A stretch of 64,000 bases of DNA. It comes from Bugula neritina (taxonomy: Eukaryota > Animalia > Bryozoa). Both the position numbers and the translations under genes were made by a program. Below are positions 13,201 to 26,475 of this stretch, piece by piece. Every line of letters starts with the position of its first letter. Position 1 is the stretch's first letter. The DNA is taken from positions 930,001-994,000 of the forward strand of contig OZ037772.1 in the NCBI GenBank assembly GCA_964035545.1, in the 5' to 3' direction. Below the pieces are notes generated by a model. It did no database searches. It was given only the letters and a program-made list of their open reading frames with translations, and had not been told where the DNA came from.

Positions 13201-15076
13201 CAAATTAATTAGGAGGAAATAATAATGCTGCTAGAAAAATACTTTATAATTTGCAAGCCACATCTATCCTCACTCAACAGCCGTAATGAGATAATAACAA
13301 CATGCAGGCTTGCTAGAAAGCTCCTCCTAGAGAATGTGACTTGACATTTTAATCTCTTAATTGCTTTTATTCCATCTATTTATGTATTTTAATCCATTGG
13401 CTTTATAGCTTTTACACACATTTCTCATACATATATATAGTATGTTTTTATTCTTGTTACATTACATCTTAACATTTTATCTGATGATTGTGTACATTCT
13501 ATGCACATGAAACTAGTAGTAATAAAGTGTTATAAATCAAATTTTATCGTTCATTACTTTTATTTATTTACTCTGCTCTGCACTGCATTGAGCTCTCTTT
13601 AGTGGTAAACTATACACCATTTTATATATATATATATATGTATGTATATGCACGTACATAAAGAAAATAACATTCATGCGACTAGTAGTAAATACTATTT
13701 AGTATGAGCTTGTACTAATTTCACTATGGCATCATAATAAATAGCGATTCATTATACACTACTAAATAAATTGGTGGAGATCACAAAGCACTTAATAGTC
13801 TTTATGCAGAATTTTTCTTTCAGTTTAATATATGAAAGTTATAAAAATTATTTTAGAGAAAACACACACTTATGGAAAGCCAATTTGTTTTCAATAAAGT
13901 ATATCATATACCTGCATACTTTATTCAGGAAAGAAGAGAGAGCCCCAAAGGAAGAGCCACGCCTACCATGTCCAATGAAAACAGACCTGTCATACTAAGT
14001 AGCTACAGACCTGCTATACCAGATAAAAACAAATCTGCCATATAGCACAAAACTGAACCTGCAGTACTGAACAAAGAGCAACCAATCAAATATTCCAAGC
14101 AAAGAGAAAACAATTCAGCATTGTGGGAAAACCTCCCCAGGGGGGATCAGCAAACTCCGACAGCTGGTCAAAGTTTTAGCTACAGAAAAGGAAGAATTGC
14201 CAAGTATTGTGATGATTCAGTGAGGAAAACTGCATGCTTACCTTGTTCTGGTAACCACTACACAACTGTGAAGAGAAAGGGCTGGAAAGCTGCACAACTT
14301 TGAGAGATTTCTCATACAGACAGCTGTTCTATAGGAAGTGTTACATAAGAGTTGTGACTATTGACTATTATATACAGGGTTGTAAGAATGTGGACACAGT
14401 TTTAGGATTTCTTAATTTAGGAATCCAATATTTTAGTTATGTTATGACAGCATTAACTTAGCAGAAGCTTTGGTGGAATTTGATATAATGCTTAATTACT
14501 ACTCAAAGCAGAATAGTTTAGTATTTTTTAAGAAAGAACATAATATTATATTTGTATTTTCTTATACGGTAAATAAATGTTTATTATGCACACCAATCAT
14601 GAAAGTCAATTCATTATATGGTATACAAAATTATATCTGTAAATAAACATGTGCATGCTGCAGCTGAAGAATAAAAATAAAATGAAAAGGAAACAAAACG
14701 TATTCAACTAGATGAGTCATCAGATGACATTGCTGTATAAAATGACGAATCAGGAAAGAGAAAGCCTGTGGAAACAAAGCAACACTGAACTACAATGTGG
14801 CTAACAAATACTAGGTCAGCAGAAATAATATCAAAACCAATGAATAAAATACCAAGAGGTGTAAAATATCAATATAAGTACACATAGAAAAAATAGGTGA
14901 TATACAGAATAAAAAGTAACAGTTTAATATTGTTAAAGCTTTTCAATTTCACACAAACATAATATCTTTACAAGGCATTATTGTATATATATATTGCGAA
15001 GGTGTGGGCCATGGTACTCTGTTCTGTGCTGATGAGGGGACAAATCCCGAAACAGCTGCTGTCCACAGATTGAGAT

Positions 15077-15078
<2 letters not shown>

Positions 15079-15148
<70 letters not shown>
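15079..15148. repeat. (TA)n microsatellite
   Basis: Direct observation. Confidence 0.95.
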
Positions 15149-15153
<5 letters not shown>

Positions 15154-15465
15154 CGTATGCTCACGTGGAACTATAGAAGGAAATGTCAGCTAGAAGAGGA
15201 AAGAAATGGAGGTCAAGGCCAGCAACGCAATGTCAAAGTCAACTGGAAGAAAGTATTTTAGGTCACGACTTATCATTCTCAATTATGGCGGCTAGTTTGA
15301 GCACACTTTTGGACTAGAAGAGGAAGGATACGAGGAGACCACAGAACTCTCTGGGGAGAGAGGTAAAACACGCTTCAGCTACAAAGCAAGAGTTGAAAAA
15401 AGAAATAATTGGAAAAAGTTGAAAATTTACTAATTTGATTAAAAATGAACAGATATTAATAAAAA
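15149..15465 (+). repeat. Dispersed ~320-bp repeat, copy 2 (follows (TA)n)
   Basis: High identity to 4857-5175. Confidence 0.85.
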
Positions 15466-17883
15466 AAATTCTACAGATTCTAACGCTGCTATGCCAGGAC
15501 AACTATAGCATATTATAATTATATTATCACTTCATTATATAAAAATCATATTACATAATATATTATATTGTTTATATGCCATATTATCCTTATATTATAA
15601 TATTATAATCATACTATATTATAAATATGGTATATTATTATATTATACTATATCAATGTACATGACTTGCACCAAGTAGATGCCAAACGTTACCTTTTCT
15701 GTGTTGGCAACTTGGGGCAGAACTCTTTTGGGTCGAACGTCTGAAATAGATGGGGAAGAGATGATTCACCGCCCCTAGCAGAGGTGTGATGTCAAGAGAA
15801 GAACCCGAAGCTAAGTTACGACAACTTCTTCTCATGGTGTTGGCGGCTTTGAGAAAGAAAGCTCTGTCGTACTCCTTCCCTGAAGACAGGAAACGGTCAT
15901 TGTACTTCCATAAAGGAAATGTACATGAACTGTATCAAAAGCTCAAACTAACGTCTGTTAATGGTAATGGAAGATATAACAATCTTATTGAGAATTAAAG
16001 GCTCTATTAATAGTAATCATTAGATATTTGAATTTGATTTGTGGGAGTCTAACGCACTCACCCTGAGTAAACATCAGTTTGAACAGAGCACTGAGGTTAT
16101 CTCCAATACTGTTGAGACTAGCTATAGCCTGGGAGCACATATCATATTGCAGCCACGGGTCTACCTTGGTAAATTTCATACCTTCCAACTGTAAAAAGAT
16201 GACAGAGCGAATAAAAATAAATTTAACTAAACAGAGAATACATTCAATAACAGGTGGTTGTCAGGTGGGTGATATTCCTTACTGCTTCCCTCTGATCGCG
16301 TGATGTAACAGTCAAATATGACATCACATGTCGACTCACTCTGCACTGCGGGTGGCAGTGACAAGCAGCGCTCCATACTCAGACCACCCACAGTCCAAGC
16401 ACCTGGAGCACTGCCCACACATGGCAACAAGTGACAAGAAAAAGTGCTTGGGATAACTAGCAATACAAAGATAATTAACAGTCAGAGTATGAAGTTGGTA
16501 CTCACCAGTTTGAAGGTGTTCCCAATACCATCTCTATAACTGGTTAGAAAGGATTGCACTTGGTTGAGTACTCTGTTAACAGCACCATAAATATCCTCTT
16601 CAGCGTGGCAGTTGCCGGCACCTGCACAACATGAAATAACTACCACCTGCTATCCGTTGACATATGTGAGACCAGTTGCTAGTGACATCAAATGACAGGT
16701 ACTTGGTTAGCAAATTTATACAAAGATGAGAGTTCTACTGTCACTTGATCAAAGGTTGTGACACTCTTCGCCTAGTGTGACTCATAAATTATATATGACT
16801 TAGGCTAGCAGGTGAGCATGAGCTCATTTTATAAGCTATGTAGCTCAAAACTATGCAAGCATCCTACCATAAAGAGACACCACTACACGGCACCATTGGT
16901 ATGAGAGTCTTCATAAGAACTAAAGCTACACTCAAGCCCCACCAGCATGATAGAATATATCGCAAACACTTACTATTGCACATATAGTCTATGGATGAGA
17001 AGGTTGCAGTTAGCTTCTCTGTAGATGTATGGATATATTGAGCAAGGGCACCTTGGGCACATGCCATGGGCACATCTGTTGACAGCTGTCAAGTACATGA
17101 CAGTACATATTGATGCACTGCCTTGTCTATGTTACCCAGCAGTGCCTGCAAACAAATATGGAGATATTACTTAGGAAATGAGCAGAATTCTTTTTATTTC
17201 AGAGATTTTACATATTCTTAAATTAACAAAGGCACAAATTTCGAACATCTACATAAAATATTGGAGATATCTTAAATTTTTCTGCAAAATCTATAAGTTG
17301 AACACTAAAAAACAAGTTTCTCCCCAACATAAAATGTCAACCATTGGAGAATCTTCTGGCTCTATAAGTTTGTATCATGAGGATATATTTAATACGATGT
17401 TACGTGATTATATGGAGTTGTCATCACAATACAGAATAGTGATAGTTTTGAGTAACAAGTCTTATATTATTATATGAACTTATGGAGAAATAGCATCTTG
17501 GGAACATAGGCTTTACATTACTACATTACAATACATACACACGTATAACAGAAGTTGATTAAAATATTTGTATATTCCTATCCTAAAGATTTCAATATTT
17601 TTCAAGTCAGTTGGGTTTTACCTTTTATATGTACACTGTTCAGTGGAATGCTTCTTTTAAACAAACAAAGTGTTATTCAAACTCATTAATTTTAGTTGCC
17701 AAGGGAGATAAAGTTGCAGATAGTTTCTTTTCCTTTCAGATAAAACGTGTTACATATGCACATGAATATGTTCAACTGATGATAGCAATTAAAATACAAA
17801 TACCTTGCAACATAAAATAACACAACACCTGCAAAATACTGCTTACAATCGAATTTGCAGCTCTAACTGTAATATTGAGTCTA

Positions 17884-17926
17884 CCCTGTGGTGTAATGGT
17901 AGCACGCTAGCGGGTGGAAAAGTATT
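17884..17926 (+). mobile_element. Truncated tRNA-derived SINE-like fragment
   Basis: GTGGTGTAATGGTAGCAC A-box and 3' GTGG..A.TATTT shared with 49303-49380. Confidence 0.5.
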
Positions 17927-18114
17927 TAATTAAGTTCTGGGTTTGAAAAGAAATTAGGACTCACCTGCTGACACTGCCTTGTAGCTCTCCAGAATGCTGC
18001 CAGCGGAGATTCTACACAACTCACACTGTTGAAGTTAAACACCTTCCTGCTCCCTGCATTGGTTGCTATAAACAGTACAGAGCTACACGTATGAGATAAG
18101 AGTGGACTACCAGA

Positions 18115-18610
<496 letters not shown>

Positions 18611-18875
18611 GACGGATCAACAGTTACTGGCATCTCAATTTCCCCACACTTCTCACATGTTCAGTGATCTTCACCTTGATCTCTTCCAACTTGTCATGAC
18701 TTGGTAACCTGCTGTCTCCACTGTTGGAATCTGGTCTTATACCCTCACTCTCATTGGACGAGCCGTTAGCCAATAATGTGTGAGCAAATGGTGTGTTGGT
18801 GTTTAATGCTGAGTTATTACTAGTGTTTACTGCTGACTGAGAGAGATTCGGCCTCAACTACAAAACATAACAGGA

Positions 18876-19202
18876 TAATCTACAGTACAAGGAGAGGATC
18901 TACAGTACAAGGAGAGGATCTACAGTACAAGGAGAGGATCTACAGTACAAGGAGAAGATCTACAGTACAAGGAGAGGATCTACAGTACAAGGAGAGGATC
19001 TACAGTACAAGGAGAGGATCTACAGTACAAGGAGAAGATCTACAGTACAAGGAGAAGATCTACAGTACAAGGAGAGGATCTACATTACAAAGAGAGGATC
19101 TACAGTACAAGGAGGGGATCTACAGTACAAGGAGGGGATCTACAGTACAAGGAGAGGATCTACAGTACAAGGAGAGGATCTACAGTACAAGGAGAGGATC
19201 TA
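18876..19202. repeat. 20-bp minisatellite (TACAGTACAAGGAGAGGATC)n
   Basis: About 16 head-to-tail units, no spacers. Confidence 0.95.
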
Positions 19203-19626
19203 ATGTATTCCTTAGCTACAGTCTCACAAGAGAATGGATACTCTACCAGACGTGTGTATGATATGTGAGTGGTAGATGAGCTCACCTGGTCAGCCATTGA
19301 AAGTCGGATGAGTTCATTAGATATCACTCCGTCTGTGTCACACAGGAAGTGCTTCCTCTGAGAGTTCTGGACCTTTGTCTTCGCTCCTATGGCAACAGCA
19401 GTGAAACTATTAGTTACTATAGCAACAGTAGTGAAATTAGTTACTATAGTAACAGCAGTGGCATTATTAGTTACTATAGCAACAGTAGTGTAACTAGTAG
19501 CTAAACTAATTTGGGCACAGAGCAAATATAAAAATACACAGCTATAGTGTACACAGAGTATATATAAATATACACAGCTATAGTGTACACAGAGTATATA
19601 TAAATATACACAGCTTTAGTGTACAC

Positions 19627-20750
19627 CAGGGTTGGGGTCAATTACATGTAAATGTAATTAATTACAATTACATAAAGATTTGTCAATTACAATTACAATT
19701 ACAGTTAAAAAGTAATGTAATTAATTACAATTACAATTACATGGTAATGTAATTAATTACAATTACAATTACTTTTGTTCTCACAAAGGACAAAATATAG
19801 AAGTTATACAATGCCACTTAGAGGGTCCAACTACCAGGAGCAATGTTGACAGTGGTGAACCTCCTTTGTTCCCAGCAGTGACACTATAGGGTCAATTCAT
19901 GCCAAATCAACCAAATTTTAAGGGGTTCCATGCCTTTGCTTCTCAGATTTTGCTCATATTTACACATGTCCGGAGTACTATTCTGACATGACAGAAACTT
20001 TTGGAGAAATGACTACATTAGTGGTTGGGAAAACTTTTGAGGAAAATTTGTGATTTCTACTTTTAAACCAACTTATAAATGTCTATATCTAAACTATTTT
20101 TTTAGACTGAGCTTTAAAAATTGATGTAGGAAATATTTAAAAAAATTTCAAAATTTACAAAAATTTGCCCATATTCAATGGTTTAGCATATATGCACACA
20201 GAGTATTCTGTAGTATGTGTTGCTACTAGTGCAAATTGATAGGTGTTATCAAATCGCACAGCAAATTTTAAGACTTAGTCTAGAAAAATGTTTGAGATAT
20301 AGATGTTTATAAATTGCTCTAAAAGTAGAAATCACAAATGTTCCTTAAAGTTTTTCCCAACCTTTGTCCACAAATGTAGTCGTTTCTCAAAAAGTTTTCT
20401 GTCAGGTCAAAAATATTTAAGATGAGTACTCAGGACATATGTAGGCCTATTTGGTGTAAATATAAACAAACTCTGAGACACAAAAGCACCGGCCATGTGG
20501 TGAGTTGGCATGGACTTGTTATTTAACAGTAGGCATGGTAGGAAAAGAATGATTTTTTCAAGATTTAAAAGTTTGAAGTAATTGACATGTAATTATAAAG
20601 TAATTGTAAAATTCATTTACATTAGCAATGTAATTAATTACAATTACAATTACATGTTTATACATCAATTACAAATTACATTCAATTACTTGAAAAAATG
20701 CAATTAATTACAACCAATTACAATTACAAATTACAATTACCCAAACCCTG
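19627..20750. mobile_element. Non-autonomous hAT-type element
   Basis: TIRs CAGGGTTGGG...CCCAAACCCTG, perfect 8-bp TSD GTGTACAC (19619-19626 and 20751-20758), and AATTAC subterminal repeats. Confidence 0.9.
19888..20518. mobile_element. Nested long-TIR (foldback-like) element inside the hAT MITE
   Basis: ~19888-20115 is an imperfect inverted copy of ~20270-20518 (e.g. GTGATTTCTACTTTTA / TAAAAGTAGAAATCAC; CATGCCAAATCA / TGAGTTGGCATG). Confidence 0.7.
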
Positions 20751-23639
20751 GTGTACACAGAGTATATATAAATATACACAGTTATACACAGAGTATATAT
20801 AAATAGACACAGCTATACACAGAGTATATATAAATATACACAGTTGTACACAGAGTATATATAAATATACACAGCTATACACAGAGTATATATAAATATA
20901 CACAGCAACAGTAAGGGTTGACACCATAATTTAGAATGAAGGAAGATTCTGTTTTCACCTGAAGAAGGTAGAAGCTGTTGGGTGGTCCTGTGTTCAATAG
21001 ATGAGAGATTATCTCGGTATATGGTGTACGCATCATCAGATATGGGAGTGAGTCCTTGGTGGTCACATTTGAAGAGAGAGAAAGGTTCTGATACTCTGTG
21101 GGATATGTACAGTACATCAATTCAGACATGTACAGATTTGATGGATATAAGGGTTTGTCTACTGTGAGCTATAGTCTATAGCTATAGCCAACTATACTAT
21201 GTATTGTACAGAAAGAAACAATTTCTCTCTCGGATACAATGGCACATATTCAGATATATCTTTATTGTATACTGTGGTGTTAATAACTGGTCAATATTAA
21301 TACAGTCTCTGCCTCCACTACTATAAACCATATATGTAAAACTAGTGCCATTTCTGTCAATATCTATTAATAACATTCTGAGAACAGCATGTATATAAAT
21401 GATAACTTTTTACCAGTAAATATTTCTACTGTAAGAACAGCTCACAGGAAAGCCAGGTTGTCGACTACTGACTCATAATTATCACTAGTTGACTACTAGT
21501 AACCATGGTAACAACTAACATCTTATTACTATCAAATGTTACTTGCTATCACCTGAATAAGTATCAGAATAGAGGGATAGTGTATGAATAATGTTGGCAG
21601 ACAGCAGCCTACCAGTATGTCACTCTTAGTAACTGAGTCAATATACTGAGAAGTTACAGGGAGATGATACAATCCTTATATCTAATCACTTGTACTAAAC
21701 GAGGAATAAGAAAACTTGTGTTCTAGTGTGAACCAAAATCTCTACTTAGCTACAAACATAGCTGATACTCTCCCCTGTTTATATAATAAAATTGTAATCT
21801 AAAGAATACAAACACACCTTTCCTTAGTGGATGTCAGGACTGGACTACTCAAAGCTCTCACCAGTTTCAACTTCTCAGGAGCATTGAGGAACACGGTCTA
21901 CAAAATACACCCACACATATCTAGAACTACCCTCTATATTCACTAAACAGAGTTCCTCAGTCTACTCGGCATGATAGGACAAACCCAGCAGGAAACAAAC
22001 TCAAGGCTAAAACAGTTATCTGACTGTGAATCACACATTTTATGTTTCCACATTGAAGAACACATTTAACCAGCACACACTAGGCTAACTACAATCAGCT
22101 AGTCTCATGGTTCTCTCTCATACTACAGAGAGCTAAGTCTATCTAACTGGTGGCCAGCTATAAAGTTTTGAGTATTTATATAGTGTGCCCATGAATTGTT
22201 AACAGGGTGGACTTAACTTCTTTAACCCCTTCCTCTCCAACTCTCTGTATAATACTTATATTATGGGGCGCAGTTGCTATGTATTTTGTAAATTGAAAAA
22301 AAGTATTTAAATATACTCCAGTTGCAGTTTTATAATAGATTAGGAGACAACTAGCTGATGTTTAAATGAAAACATTTAATGGCCTACTCAAAGCTTGAAA
22401 ATAATTAGATATAAGCCCACCCCTTGTGCTAGTCACATATTCATATTCATAGCTTAAGTGAGCTGAAGCGCACGTCACAGTGGCTGATCATCACCACACA
22501 CATTCTCACACTGTTCTCATAAACTGCAGCGTCGTAAATATGTTCTCCTTCACATTGGTACTTGAACTCGTACTGAAAGTGTTGCTCATAACTGTTCATA
22601 TTGACACTGACATTATGAAGTTAGTAGTGATATTTCATTTTCAATAGTAGGGCTTTTAGATGGTATTGATTCATCCACAATGAGAAATACTTGCAAATGT
22701 TGATAAATTATTTTATGATTGAATTGGTGAGTTATAATGTGTATCATTCAAATGTGAATACTGAACATGATCTGGTCACCTTAATTACCTCATATTGATT
22801 CATCGCAATTGTCAGTATAATTGTGCCATAGAGAATTCTATTAAGTTTGAAAATTGACATTCAGTTTCACATTGCTCATTCAGTGATCCATGCTTAGTGT
22901 CACATTGGCCTTTAGGCTTAAAGCAACGAAATCTAACAGTAACACTATCTATAAGTATATTTATATTATTATCAAGTATTAGCATTATAACATAAAATTA
23001 AACTTAAAGCCTGTCAGTTATAGTGTCTATGAAATTAAACTCCAAAAAAAAATAACAACTTTTATTCACGCTTCAACTTTCAAAACGAAGACTAGGTTCA
23101 ACCCAACGAGGTAAGAGATAATCATTTAATCAGTTAATCAGTTAATCACAATGCCTAGTATGTTATCACATTCACGCAAGCTTTCACTGTGAATCGCAAT
23201 GATTATGAGTATGATTTAATGAGTATGGCAATCCCAACGACAATAAGTATAACTGTGAGTGTGAGTGACTGACTGAGTGTGACTGATAAGAGCCAGGCCA
23301 ATGCCAGGGGCAATCGCAATCACAATCGGTATGACTGAATCACTATCAGTATAAGTATTACAATCACAAAGTCAAATGACAATGCAAATGGCAATAGCAC
23401 TATCAATATCATATTGAATTTTGAATGCGAATATCAAATAGCACCCTCTTAGTTCTTACTATTACTATTACTATTAGTATTACTTACAACTTGCTTATGC
23501 AAGAGAATTAAATCTTTAAAGCGTAGCATCCTTTTCAAGCAAAATAAGGATAATAAGTTTCGTCAAATTGAGTTAAAAACTACAACTTATAAGTCACAAG
23601 TATAAAGCAACTCATGCTCAGTCATCACTAATCCTAGTG

Positions 23640-24010
23640 GGTACGGCAAGCATATAGCATAATTTATTTCACAATGCGACAAGATTATCTAGACGGTGCG
23701 CTTACGCCTCTCATTGTACTTAAGCAATATCCAATTGTACGGTTTTTATGACTTTAAAATCCGTTTTTGAGAAGCAAGGCTAGATAGAAATTAATGATCG
23801 ATATTGACTCGCTAAGAGTTTTCATGTAAACCCGCAAACTACAACTTTTAACTTGACCGCAAAGCTGGAAGTACGATAAGCGTCGCCGTATTGATTTCAG
23901 GCGAATTTTAGTTTATTTCTTTCAAACTGCTGAGAAGTAATATTTCATTATTTGCTTCCATATTTTTATCTCTGTATCACTATCAGCCATCAGGGCTATC
24001 GCGATACAAT
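23640..24010. promoter_or_regulatory. CpG-enriched candidate promoter region
   Basis: Local CpG cluster in otherwise CpG-poor DNA, at the 5' end of the minus-strand pseudogene. Confidence 0.3.
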
Positions 24011-25203
24011 TATGAATGTTCTTAATTCAATCAATATTATGAAATAATTAATGTAAGAAATTCAATTTTGACTATATAGAATAATCTCAATCTGAATAAG
24101 TATTATTTATTTATAATTATTGTAACACTTGCACTTCGTCTTACTCTTACTCTTACTCTTACTCTTACTCTTAGTCTTAGTCAGATAACATACTGATACT
24201 CATACTCAATGTCATGCTCAATCTCATACTGAGTCTGATACTCATAGTCATAGTGATAGTCTTTGCCAGATTATTGCTAGATAACTTAAGCTAATACTAG
24301 TACTACTACTAGTAGTACTACTACTAGTACTAATAATCACAGTACTAATAGTAATAGTAATAGTATTAGAGTAATACTTATACTACCACTAGTAGTAGTA
24401 GCAGTAGTGCTAGTAGTAGTAAGGTACATGATAATGATCATTATGATTATGATTATGAAGATGGTTATTACTATAACTATTACGGTATGAGTATAACTAT
24501 AAGTATTAGTATTTGATTTTATTTTGCATTGCTAATTGAAGACCATGCGTTAAAATTAACTGTTTCTCTTTTTTCTAAGTTACATTTAAAGTTGCACACT
24601 AATAGACATATATGCTTTCAATTTTTTTGGTCTATCTTTAAGTTGTGAAACTTGACCAGTATGACTATGACTAACTGTAACTAGAATAAAATATTGGATG
24701 ATAGAGAAGTTCCATACAGTTACACCTCCTTTGACTTGTGCTACCGTCGGTAGTGCTAAAAGAGTGGAGCCAAAAAAGAGCATAATCACAGAATTCACAG
24801 CCTGCTGGTTTGAGCTTTTTGTGGTCTAGAAATTGTACTGGGTTACAGGGATCTTTTTCCCGTCTGTGAATTTTTGATCCCTGCGGTTGTTTCTGACTGT
24901 GGGTAGTTGGAGGTGTTGAGGGAGTGGGCTCATTCGGTAGGCTATATCATTGTAATCATATTAACCAACTTGACAGTTTACTAATTCATTGTCTAACTCT
25001 GTCTGTCTCCGACTAGTAACACTATTTATTTATTTATTTACTTATTAATTTATTTATTTGACTAAATCTTGTCTGTCGTTGTCTAGTAACACTATTTATT
25101 TATTTATTTACTTCCTACTCCTTAGAGTTAATATTTACTAAAATTATCTGATAAAAAATTAAAACCTGAACCTGTCTTTGAATATTTTCGAAAAAAAATA
25201 ATA

Positions 25204-26475
25204 ATGACGAAACCTAAAAGGTCGGACTCAACCTCAAGTACTAACTCATCAACAGCTAAATGCACCCAGAGGCAGAGTGCTATACTTGATTCTACCCCAG
25301 GACCTACCGTGCCTCAGGCAGTGTGTGAAAAGTGTACTAAAAAATAGATAATGAAGATAAAGGTACCCTGTCAATTGAGTGTGAAACTTGTCTCATTTGG
25401 TTTCATTTAGACTGTGCTGATCTTATAAACACTATTACGAAGAAGGGCACTCATTGGTTTTGTGACCAATGTAAAGCTGTGGCATTCCCAAATTTCATAA
25501 CCAGACTTCAAGCTGTTGAATCCCACATTGAAAAAAGTTATGTTCAAGTAATGGATTCATTTAATAATCGCATGACTGCTGTGGAATCTCAACTAACTAG
25601 CTTATTTGAGAATCATGTTTCCAGAAGTGAGAAAACATTTGCTTCGGTAGTTGCAAAACTGGAAGACTCCACTACAACAATAAATAGGCAACTAAAAAAC
25701 CAAGAAGTTCAAATTAAATCTACCAAAACAAAGACTTCTAGTGAAAGCAGAGCTAAAAATATCATAGTTTTTAGAATTTCCGAGGAACACGACTATAGTG
25801 AACTAGGCTTTGAGTTGAGCATTAACTCTTCACGGATGTTCTTTATTATGTTTTATTATACTTCTATTGACATCCTATTGACATCGTCAAGACTACCATT
25901 ATTGCAATTCAAACTTACATGATCAGGATAAACATAAATAAACAATAAACAAAAAAGGAAACAATATAATTAATGTAAATAACTTACTTATTTTGCTCTC
26001 TTAAAATTACACCAGTTCACTAGCACCAACTATTGCCAAGTGCCAGAGTTAGCACTGGCTGTGCTGTAGAAAGCTTTTCTTAGCGTAGCTAAAATAGCTT
26101 AGCAAACTAGCGCTAATTTCACTACAACGACACTACTTTAGATGAATCCATAGGTAAACTCTCAGAAGTTTTAGATTCATGTAGTCTCAGATTTCACACA
26201 TCAAGAGACAATGCCGCAAGATTAGGACAAGAAAAGTTGACAAGATTAGACCCACGAGACTAACATTAGCTTCAGAAGTTCAAAAATGGGAATTTCTAAA
26301 ACGAATCAACGATCAGAAAATAGAAGGAGTCTTTGCGCGTCTTGACTGGAATGAAAAGGAACAAGAAAAATATTTTCAACTGAGAAGCGAGCTTAGGGAA
26401 TTGAGGCAGAAAAATCCAGAAAACAAGTATAAGATAACAAACGGGAAGATAATAATCGAAGAATATTATCTGTAA
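25204..26475 (+). pseudogene. LINE ORF1 with PHD finger, interrupted by a solo LTR
   Basis: CEKC...IECETCLIWFHLDC...WFCDQC, a coiled coil, RAKNIIVFRISE, and C-terminal ...RLDWNEKEQEKYFQLRSELRELR; frameshifts present. Confidence 0.8.
25794..26126. mobile_element. 333-bp solo LTR with 5-bp TSD
   Basis: TATAGTGAA...TTCACTACA termini and ACGAC duplicated at 25789-25793 and 26127-26131; removing it restores the ORF1 frame. Confidence 0.85.

Larger units (their letters stand above)
19530..20905. repeat. ~30-bp minisatellite (ACACAGAGTATATATAAATATACACAGCTAT) split by a hAT insertion
   Basis: Units at 19530-19626 and 20751-20905. Confidence 0.85.

Noticed and set aside
13930-14330. Exon-like purine-rich block
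   Set aside because: Stops in the candidate frames and no recognisable motif; cannot be supported.
18876-19202. CRISPR-like array
   Set aside because: Head-to-tail units with no unique spacers, no cas genes, eukaryotic context.
21552-23890. Alternative genetic code (TAA/TAG read as Gln)
   Set aside because: TGA stops and frameshifts also occur, and the intact KDZ and chromodomain genes have no internal TAA/TAG.
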